From Candidatus Thorarchaeota archaeon (GTDB lineage: Archaea; Asgardarchaeota; Thorarchaeia; Thorarchaeales; Thorarchaeaceae), in the NCBI GenBank assembly GCA_011364985.1, contig RDOC01000004.1:128001-192000 (forward strand): a stretch of 64,000 nucleotides of DNA. The letters run 5' to 3'. The translations under genes and the position numbers were made by a program. Below, piece by piece: positions 56,317-64,000 of the stretch (its first letter is position 1; each line of letters starts with the position of its first letter). The notes beneath the pieces were generated by a model. The model did no database searches. It was not told the origin of the DNA and was given only the letters and a program-made list of their open reading frames with translations.

Positions 56317-57620
56317 GAATCGCCCTCCAAAAAGCTGTCTATGGTGAGCTTCTCATCAGGCCCACCAACTGCAAGCTTCAATGCCCTCACTGCAACTTTG
56401 GTAAGCAGCTCAGTGTCAAATTTCTCATCTATTGCAACAGAGTCCAAGTATTCTCTAAAGTCATTTTCAGGATCTTCAATTAGATATTCTGACTCAATCT
56501 CAGGATAGGCAGCCGCGTCGAGATCCACCTCCTTTTGATGCATTGCCCAAACAAACTGGGAAATGTTATAGTCTGAGTCACGACCGAGCAGGCTAATTCT
56601 CAATCCTTCCAATGCAACAGCCAACTCAATTCCTCCGATTCGCGAAGACTGTCCTTGAAAAGTCAGACGGATTCTGGCCGCCGTTGACGGATTCCAGGGA
56701 ATCTTCAACGACTTATCACCGATATACTTCTCAACCTTTCCGATGAGTGATTCTACGGTGTCATCTTGGACAACCTCAATCTTATCACTGTAAACCGGCC
56801 TTGAGAATTCCAAGTGGAATGGTTGTATCTTAGGTTTTTTTCCGACTTCTACTTCCACCAAGAGGAAGCCCTTCTTGTGCTTCTGTTCATCAAATCGCCA
56901 TCTCTCAGGAGACCCGGCATACCACGCATGGTCACTCAGTTTGTGCTGATGGTGGTCGTGTCCTAAGGCAATGTAGTCGTACCCCATGCTAAAGATAGGA
57001 GTGGGAAGAGACCTATCTAGGTCCATGCCATGGGCTACAGCAATCGAGGTCCTCTTTGGTGTGGGATTTTGTGCTGTGGAGATCCAGTCATTGAAATCAG
57101 TAACAAGATCGGATGATTCTAACACATGATAGTCCATGAAGGGAAAGCAGAAGACATCGAAATCATCAAACTCAAAAATGAGGGGCTCCTTGTTGGCAAA
57201 CGACCGTTTCAGGTCAACTTGCGTTGCCACGCGAAGTTCGGGTATCGTCATTCTCAGATAATCAAGCAGTGACACGTCTCTATTCCGATAGAGTCCATGA
57301 TTTCCCTCAATAATGAGAACAGGAATTCCAGTGTGCTTGATGAAGTCATGGATGACTCTCCAGGCAGTTTCCTGAGCCACCACGGGAGGCTGCTGAGGGT
57401 TGTTCTCCCAAGGAGAATCATAAAGGTCTCCTGAGTGAACTACCAAGTCAACCGCCGGTTCAAGCTCTGCAATTGTGGCAAAGATCTCCTCAAATCGCTC
57501 ATAGAAATCATGCTCAAGAAGATGGCTCCGCATCTCCTCGCCCCAGACGTTCTGTTTTACACCACGTCTAGGTCTTGCACCCAAGTGCGTATCGGAAATG
57601 TGAGCAATTCTTGTTGGCAT
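56313..57620 (-). CDS. mre11: Mre11 nuclease
   Basis: SDTHLG, SGDLYD, GNHG, AHG, ALGHDH, YAGSPE. Confidence 0.92.
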   Translation of the reverse strand: MPTRIAHISDTHLGARPRRGVKQNVWGEEMRSHLLEHDFYERFEEIFATIAELEPAVDLVVHSGDLYDSPWENNPQQPPVVAQETAWRVIHDFIKHTGIPVLIIEGNHGLYRNRDVSLLDYLRMTIPELRVATQVDLKRSFANKEPLIFEFDDFDVFCFPFMDYHVLESSDLVTDFNDWISTAQNPTPKRTSIAVAHGMDLDRSLPTPIFSMGYDYIALGHDHHQHKLSDHAWYAGSPERWRFDEQKHKKGFLLVEVEVGKKPKIQPFHLEFSRPVYSDKIEVVQDDTVESLIGKVEKYIGDKSLKIPWNPSTAARIRLTFQGQSSRIGGIELAVALEGLRISLLGRDSDYNISQFVWAMHQKEVDLDAAAYPEIESEYLIEDPENDFREYLDSVAIDEKFDTELLTKVAVRALKLAVGGPDEKLTIDSFLEGDS

Positions 57621-57630
57621 TACTAATTCC

Positions 57631-59400
57631 TCATAGCTCGTGCTTTTTGGTACTTCCAGTCTTTTTACCCTTGTAGTCGTTCATGTCCTTTTCAAAGACG
57701 CTGTCAAAGAGAGGAATTCTGACCGAGAGAGGGAGCTCTCGGTAGGATGCTGTGACAATACATTCGCCTCTTGACATGACTCGGAATTCATTCTCAAATC
57801 CCGAGATGTTCACACTTGCGTTTTCTATGCAAGCTCTAATCTCTCGCTCATTACCAAGGCGAAGATTGATTTCGGTGTTCATCTGACTAAGAATCACATT
57901 ATCTAGGACACTAACCTGCTGGCTTACTACTAGCAAGCCAATATTGAACTTTCGACCTTGCCTAGAGATGTCTTTGAAGACCGACTGGCCTCTCATTAAT
58001 TCGGGATTGAGGATTGATGGAGCCTCCTCTACAGTGACGAGGATCACTGGTAGATTTCGGGGGTCACGAACAGGCAGGTCGTCTGTAATGCCGCCAATGC
58101 CATAGAAGGACTTGGCCTGTGTCTTGACTCGGCTAAAGAATTGACTTGGGAGTCGCATATACCCCTGTCTCTCAAAATCGCCCAGAGTTCCGCTGCTCTT
58201 CAACGCGCGCCTCATATCTGACAGGGTTCGGGTGACGATGGTTGTCAGTAGGAATTGCTCCATGTCACTCATGAGACTGGTATTGACTACAAGAATTCGT
58301 CCTGATTCCATGGCGTGAAAGATGTCATCCAAGATAGAGCTGCACCTCTTCTCGAAGATGGGTGATCGCTCTAGCAAGCCGAGTCTCCGCTTGACTGCAT
58401 TTAGAGTGCCGCTAGGTGTTCCTGCTGGGTCATCTGTCATATCCAGTATATTCTCAATCCAGTCCTCTCGATGCTGACTATACTGAGTATCGATGAAGGA
58501 CGACATCTGTGGTGTAAATTCCATAATCGAATACAAATCACGTGGTTGGATTTCATTCCATTGAACACGAATCTCCCTAGCATATCTTTTAACTTCGCGT
58601 GGAGTGGCCTTCTTATGAGTTGTCAAATAGTAGAAATCACCCACGACCTCTTTACGTGTTTTATCGTCCATGGTTTCTACTATTGATTGGATTCCATACT
58701 TGTCCACGCCTTTCGCAAACTCATCATGTGGGTCAATACAAAAGGCAGACAAAGTAAGACGCTTGTCATCGGATACGCCTGTGAGGCCCATGTTTGAGTC
58801 GATAATTGATTTTATCAGGACCATCATCAGATTGCTCTTTCCCGATCCAGTGGACCCGAATATGCCTACGTGCATGGGTAGAAATTCTGAAGGTATCAAT
58901 ACAGGTACATCCAAGGTATCTTCACCGACTTGGAGGTCTCCAATGTAGATGTGACCATCAGTCTGGGTGGCAAGCATGGTCCTGATCTGTTCATCAGAGA
59001 TGCCAGGCATGGGACGATAAACAGACGCAAGATGGTCAGGAAGACGTCTAGGAGACATGAACGTCCATTTCCCATTCGTTTGCTGGGCGTACCCCAACAT
59101 CTTGCCATTCACGGAGAGGAGCATGTTTCGCTCAATACCTGAAAGGTAGGCATCACCTTCAACCATGAGAGTTCCAGCTACTCCCCCGATGTCGTCGACA
59201 TGGCGGAGGTAATTCTCTAGGCCAAGGACACGGAAGAAGAACACTCGTTCCGTTCCGTCCCGCTGGGAGTAAATCACAAAGATTTCACCAACGCTGATGT
59301 CACGGTTGCGGCCCATGATACCAAGCATTGTCTGATTTCCCATGCCAACCTTTCCGTAAAGCTCACCTAATTTATCACGGTCAAGTACCATCGTTTCCAT
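57631..59400 (-). CDS. herA: HerA helicase/translocase
   Basis: HAS barrel, GSTGSGKSN, DPHDE, EEAP, RQGRKF, SQQ. Confidence 0.92.
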   Translation of the reverse strand: METMVLDRDKLGELYGKVGMGNQTMLGIMGRNRDISVGEIFVIYSQRDGTERVFFFRVLGLENYLRHVDDIGGVAGTLMVEGDAYLSGIERNMLLSVNGKMLGYAQQTNGKWTFMSPRRLPDHLASVYRPMPGISDEQIRTMLATQTDGHIYIGDLQVGEDTLDVPVLIPSEFLPMHVGIFGSTGSGKSNLMMVLIKSIIDSNMGLTGVSDDKRLTLSAFCIDPHDEFAKGVDKYGIQSIVETMDDKTRKEVVGDFYYLTTHKKATPREVKRYAREIRVQWNEIQPRDLYSIMEFTPQMSSFIDTQYSQHREDWIENILDMTDDPAGTPSGTLNAVKRRLGLLERSPIFEKRCSSILDDIFHAMESGRILVVNTSLMSDMEQFLLTTIVTRTLSDMRRALKSSGTLGDFERQGYMRLPSQFFSRVKTQAKSFYGIGGITDDLPVRDPRNLPVILVTVEEAPSILNPELMRGQSVFKDISRQGRKFNIGLLVVSQQVSVLDNVILSQMNTEINLRLGNEREIRACIENASVNISGFENEFRVMSRGECIVTASYRELPLSVRIPLFDSVFEKDMNDYKGKKTGSTKKHEL

Positions 59401-59407
59401 CTCCGGA

Positions 59408-60700
59408 CTATAGATTATAATCGACTCTCATTGGTTCTATCTTTCTGTCAACCAGCCCCAATTCTCTTCGGACATCTTTGCTGATATCTCGGGCAAGTCG
59501 AAGGTCTTCATAACTTAGCTTACAAGACTCATGTGCAAGTGCGAGAGCCACCGGGTAGCCATACCATCTTGCATCTCTTGACATGAATTCGAGGTCCCTG
59601 AAAAGAGCTTTCTCATTCTGTCGTGTTGCTATTGGATCATTTGGGACAAAGACGTTCTCTAGCCACCAGATTCGATCAAAGTCAATTCGTGATGGTCTAT
59701 TCTCTTGGGAGAAGCTGAAAAGGTAGGGAACAGCCAATTCGGGAGGAATATAGGTGCGGTCCTCGATAATGTGCAGTCCGCCGCCAGGATCATCCTCGCA
59801 GGGAAGATGGCAGAACCACTTCGCATCTTCTCCAAAGAGGTCTTGTGCCGTCTTTGCAATGCGATGTGCAAAAGGAATTGTGTGGTTCTTGCTCACTGCA
59901 CACAGTATCACACCCTCTCTTCTGGCCAGTTCCGCCAAGTCACGAAGCATGAATCCACTTGGCATAGAAGGGTATTTTCTGGCAAAGTGCATGAAGACCG
60001 ACAATGCTCCATCAAGGAGAAGATACTTGGGTCTCAAATCGCTGGTCAGGACGTTGCGTGCAGCTGCATATTCGGACACTTTTCGTAGCTCATCATGAAC
60101 GACAGGGTTTGTCAGCATCTGAGCCCTGGTGATTAGGGTTTCCATATCAGTGAGTTCCGGAACGTACTCCTCATATATAGTCCCTGTGAAATCTGACTTC
60201 GAAGAGACGATACCGTCTGTATGATCTCTGAAAAAGGGCATGACTATATCCACAACATCTTTCAAAGGATAGATGTTCTCCAGGGTTTCCGCCAGTTTAT
60301 TCCGGGCATCATTACGCACTCCAGAATGCCAGTGAGCGTCAAGATGTGGTTGAGAACCTAGCTGTTGCATTATAGTTATTGTAGAGAGGGGTTCAAAGAA
60401 GCAACCATCGCGTGACTTAGAATCAAGTACTACCGTCGCAGTACTCAGCAGATGAACGCGAATATCGTCTAACATCATGAAATTGTCAGTGCCAGAACCA
60501 TCAATAGCAGCAACTAGGAAGTCATCATCAAGTAAGACGTCAGGAGGATAGAGATCAATTGTGTCAAGCAGTCGCTCCTTTATTCTTACTTCATCCTCTG
60601 AGAACTTCTCCTCGTCCATACGATCCTGCTGATTGGTTATATCAGCAAAGAGCAGCTTGAGAGTATCTCGGAACTTTGTCGTAAGGATTCTTTCTAACAT
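59408..60700 (-). CDS. nurA: NurA nuclease
   Basis: AAIDGSG, LLDGAL, AVSK, YGYPVALALAH; start ATG 60700 is likely. Confidence 0.9.
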   Translation of the reverse strand: MLERILTTKFRDTLKLLFADITNQQDRMDEEKFSEDEVRIKERLLDTIDLYPPDVLLDDDFLVAAIDGSGTDNFMMLDDIRVHLLSTATVVLDSKSRDGCFFEPLSTITIMQQLGSQPHLDAHWHSGVRNDARNKLAETLENIYPLKDVVDIVMPFFRDHTDGIVSSKSDFTGTIYEEYVPELTDMETLITRAQMLTNPVVHDELRKVSEYAAARNVLTSDLRPKYLLLDGALSVFMHFARKYPSMPSGFMLRDLAELARREGVILCAVSKNHTIPFAHRIAKTAQDLFGEDAKWFCHLPCEDDPGGGLHIIEDRTYIPPELAVPYLFSFSQENRPSRIDFDRIWWLENVFVPNDPIATRQNEKALFRDLEFMSRDARWYGYPVALALAHESCKLSYEDLRLARDISKDVRRELGLVDRKIEPMRVDYNL

Positions 60701-60944
60701 ATGACCCCTCTCGTCAAGACAGATGGTATACAGAATGTATCCTCTTCGAAAGTCGTTGTTGCTGAAATCATAAAAAGGTAACACTCGATATTCGGGAGAG
60801 ATCACTGTTCTAGACAGAAGATGTTTCCCTTTGACGGGTTTTCGTCGTCCCGCGCAAATTTCCTTTTAAGGAACCACATTAACGATTCTTTGCCGCAAGT
60901 ATCCTGACCTAGCGACGACCAGCGGAAAATAGGGAAGTGATTCA

Positions 60945-61640
60945 TTGCTCACAATCACATACTTTGGTAAGACATCGTTTATGCTTGAATCAAAAGAGGC
61001 TTCTGTGCTAATCAACCCGGGTATTTGGGAAGGAACTCCAATCGTCTCTGATGACCAAGCTTGCCAAATGATTATCGCAACCAATCATGACGATGATGCA
61101 ATGGGCAACTCAGTTGAAATTGCAGCCAACTCAAAGGCATGGATTCTGGGCAATGAGCCAACCATCGAGAAAGCTCGTGAACAAGGAGGTAAACCATGGC
61201 TCTTACATGTGCTACAGCCCGAGATTCCATACGAGATTCCTGGGATGAAGGTTACACCCTTTCCCTTGAAGAAAGGAAGACCTGAGTCTAGCGAAGTGAT
61301 CGAGAATCTTGGCATCTATGTAGAAATGGGCTCAATGAAAGCTACCTACCTTGGAGACGCCTCAATTCGAGGACCCTTCGGCCAAATGGAATCCAATATC
61401 CTAATAGTGCCTATTGGCGGAGATGGGGTCTTCGACATTAAGGATGCGGTATCGTTGACTCTGGATGTCAAGCCTCAAATTGCTGTCCCAATGAGATGGA
61501 GTTCCGATGAGCAGACCAAGAAATACTCGAAGTATATCGATCAGTTTGGTCATGGTATAGCACCAGTCACTATGGAAATAGGGCAAAGAATGGAGGTCCA
61601 ATGGGCTGCAGGTAATGAATTCCGTTTCGAGCTCTCTTGA
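60945..61640 (+). CDS. metallo-beta-lactamase fold protein (UPF0173-like) with a degenerate metal site
   Basis: ITYFG, INP, ATNHDDDA, YLGD, VPIGG, PMRW. Confidence 0.75.
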   Translation: MLTITYFGKTSFMLESKEASVLINPGIWEGTPIVSDDQACQMIIATNHDDDAMGNSVEIAANSKAWILGNEPTIEKAREQGGKPWLLHVLQPEIPYEIPGMKVTPFPLKKGRPESSEVIENLGIYVEMGSMKATYLGDASIRGPFGQMESNILIVPIGGDGVFDIKDAVSLTLDVKPQIAVPMRWSSDEQTKKYSKYIDQFGHGIAPVTMEIGQRMEVQWAAGNEFRFELS

Positions 61641-61697
61641 ATTGCGCCATGTCACCGTCAGGAAAATCACCCGGGAGGGTGAATACTTAGCAAATGG

Positions 61698-63497
61698 GTG
61701 AGTATATTGAGTGAGCACAAGACTGTCACAATCGACCTTGAGGAAACCGAGAAGGTTACTCTAGGTGAACATAGCGAACTAGAAAGTGCCAGTGCTTCAG
61801 GTGTTTTGAGCGTCAACAATGTTTCAGAGCGTTCAAGGATTTGGAACGTCCGTGTTCTCCTCAAAGAGGGGAGAATAGGAACAACAATATCAGAGAACGA
61901 TCTCTCGGCAGGCGAAGTTGACGCAGGCTCGAAGTGGGAGAGCAACTATGGTATCGATATATCCGAACCGATTCTAACTCTCACTGAAACCTTTGACACT
62001 TGTAGCACTGAAGAAAGCGAGGAATCACATTGGGCTTATGTCCACGGAAAAGAGAATCCAGTGAGGATTACAATTGTGCTGAAGAATGAAACGGATGGTC
62101 AATTGGACAATATGGTCCTCAATAAGACCATTCCACTTGAGTTTTCGGGCGTCAACGTAGAAAGCCTGAGCTCAGGCACAGCGGAATTTGACGAGGGAAC
62201 TCGAACAGTGATCTGGAAGGATTTCCTAGTCTACCCGAAGGAGTCAGCAACTATTATCATCTCTGCAACTGGGAATGTCGAGGATGTGGAAACAAAGAGT
62301 GCTGGAGAAATCATTGTCACGTATCGAGGCGAGAGCCAACAAAGGTCGAATCTAAATCCAGATTTATCCGCCCTGACCGAATTCCTGACTGGGATAGAAA
62401 CTGCTGAAACAGAACCGAACCAATGGCAATGCACTTTGGAGTGTTCCAATGAAAGCGATCTCATGGTCCGTCTTGACAAGGCAGAAGTCTACTATACGCC
62501 TGAGGGAGGTGGCGATTCACAGAAGATGATTGACGAAGCCCCGGCCTTTGAGATGGCTCCTAACGATGAATGGACAGCCAAGTTTGAGGTGTCAAGTAAG
62601 ACTCCGCCGAAATGCACGCAAGAAGTGGTTTACACACCAATCAGAGTCATCTCAAAGCGTGTGCTAGGAACAATCGAGAAGAAATCCCAGATAATTCCTG
62701 TCAGCCATATCGATTATGTAAAGAAGTTTGATCCTCCTGATGTGCATAGTTTCGATAAGACACCTGTCGAAGTGACAATTGAAGTGAGAAACATAGGAAC
62801 TGCCAAGCTAAACAAAGTGATCGTGCAGGACTCTATACCTGATGATATAATGCCACCTAAGCCTGAGCATGTTACGATGTGGATACGTGGTGTGGAATAT
62901 TCCGGACCGTCACAGGTAACGATCGAACCAGACGATCAGAATCCTGAGGCCCCACATAGAATCATTTTCATGGTTGACGACCTTAAGGAATCAGTTGGTG
63001 AGCTAGAACCAGGCGAGTCATTCAAGATTAACTACGCCATTATGGCTTGGAGGAACAGACCAGAAAAGGAGTACCCCTCACCAATTCACTGCAAGGCTTA
63101 TGCATATCCCAAGGGTCTTCCGGCTGAGGCCTTTAGCGCAGATGACGGTCACAAGCTTGGAGTCATTTACAAGAAACGAAGCATTTCAGTGAAGAAGGGC
63201 ATCAACAAGGGTTCCAACTCTGGTGAGTACATAGTTGTGCTTGTCATTGAGAATAAAGGTGAAGTGACCGCAGAGAATGTCGAAGTCACTGATTGGATAC
63301 CAACTGGATTCAACTATGTACGAACAGAGCCTGAAGAGGAGTCTCCATCCGAACAACCAACAAGTGAGGGAACCAATCTCGTCTGGAAGTACACCCGAAT
63401 GAATCCGGGCGATAAGAGGAAGATCAGTGTCACTGTGCAAGCTGGTGAAGGTGCCGGGGAATACGAGCGCCGAGAGCCACAGGTAACCTCTGACTAG
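61698..63497 (+). CDS. cytoplasmic multi beta-sandwich protein (DUF11-like/mu-homology-like)
   Basis: repeated V.I.L.N...D.IP...W strand patterns; no signal peptide or TM helix. Confidence 0.6.
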   Translation: MSILSEHKTVTIDLEETEKVTLGEHSELESASASGVLSVNNVSERSRIWNVRVLLKEGRIGTTISENDLSAGEVDAGSKWESNYGIDISEPILTLTETFDTCSTEESEESHWAYVHGKENPVRITIVLKNETDGQLDNMVLNKTIPLEFSGVNVESLSSGTAEFDEGTRTVIWKDFLVYPKESATIIISATGNVEDVETKSAGEIIVTYRGESQQRSNLNPDLSALTEFLTGIETAETEPNQWQCTLECSNESDLMVRLDKAEVYYTPEGGGDSQKMIDEAPAFEMAPNDEWTAKFEVSSKTPPKCTQEVVYTPIRVISKRVLGTIEKKSQIIPVSHIDYVKKFDPPDVHSFDKTPVEVTIEVRNIGTAKLNKVIVQDSIPDDIMPPKPEHVTMWIRGVEYSGPSQVTIEPDDQNPEAPHRIIFMVDDLKESVGELEPGESFKINYAIMAWRNRPEKEYPSPIHCKAYAYPKGLPAEAFSADDGHKLGVIYKKRSISVKKGINKGSNSGEYIVVLVIENKGEVTAENVEVTDWIPTGFNYVRTEPEEESPSEQPTSEGTNLVWKYTRMNPGDKRKISVTVQAGEGAGEYERREPQVTSD

Positions 63498-63548
63498 GAA
63501 CTCACCCAAACCCTCCCCACGGGTATAGGCGAAGGATATTTCCCTTGC

Positions 63549-63893
63549 CTATTCCTTTTCTTCTTTTTCTAATTCATCTAATTCTTTCTGAAGAGACTCA
63601 AGCTCTTCATCAATATCCTTCAAATGTGATAGGTCCACATCATCCTGTTCCCGTGTGTCAAGAGTATACATTACATTGAATCCTGCAAGAGTCTTGTGCA
63701 GAGCATCAGAGATTTCAATTATGGCGCTCATGAGATCTGCATTACTCATGTCTTCTTGCTCATGTTCATATGCGAAATCGTAAGCCCCCCTTACGGGCAT
63801 AAATCCTAGCTCAAGTAGCTTCTTGATTACCATAGAGGGAGAAGCCCCTTCACTGTTGAATAGAATGGATACTCTGGTCACATAGCTTGGCAC
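63549..63893 (-). CDS. conserved hypothetical protein
   Basis: FNSEGASPS...GF.PVRGAYDF motif; acidic coiled-coil tail. Confidence 0.7.
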   Translation of the reverse strand: MPSYVTRVSILFNSEGASPSMVIKKLLELGFMPVRGAYDFAYEHEQEDMSNADLMSAIIEISDALHKTLAGFNVMYTLDTREQDDVDLSHLKDIDEELESLQKELDELEKEEKE

Positions 63894-64000
63894 TCAGTTG
63901 CACCTCGTTCATTCCAACTGGACGGACCGCCGCCCGGTAGGTCTTAAGCCTTTTCCAATGATAGCTATGCTTCACTCGAGTGAACAAGGAGGGAGACGTC

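Overview
This is a chromosomal window from an archaeon that is almost certainly Asgard and Thorarchaeota-like. That is inferred from the ESCRT, YIP1, longin-like and GIFT-domain genes alongside archaeal eIF5A, TFB, DGGGP synthase, ArgRS/AspRS, PolB and nurA-herA-mre11-rad50. Most of the window is housekeeping. Two regions stand out. (1) 4.8-13.5 kb: the original minus-strand tRNA-His(GUG) is broken into three pieces (13539-13503, 5469-5462, 4876-4855). An ~8 kb IS607-like element sits at the GG of its anticodon loop, with TGTGG at both junctions. The element carries a decayed IS607 tnpA remnant, an oversized 721-aa TnpB/Cas12f-like RuvC nuclease with intact catalytic residues and a candidate omegaRNA, and a divergent 1774-aa PD-(D/E)XK nuclease with a degenerate ATPase-like region. 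A second 585-bp insert supplies an intact, sequence-diverged tRNA-His that would escape the ancestral TnpB guide. (2) 31.7-37.2 kb: an ESCRT locus (ESCRT-III, Vps4, Vps25) with two unusual architectures, a Vps28-N/EAP30 (ESCRT-I/II) fusion and a B-box/PH(GLUE-like)/steadiness-box protein. Also present: a tRNA-Leu(CAG) with a 30-nt insertion at a non-canonical position, a pseudogenised Ni/Co ECF transporter beside nikR, and a structured 5' leader. All protein family calls are by eye from motifs; no searches were run.
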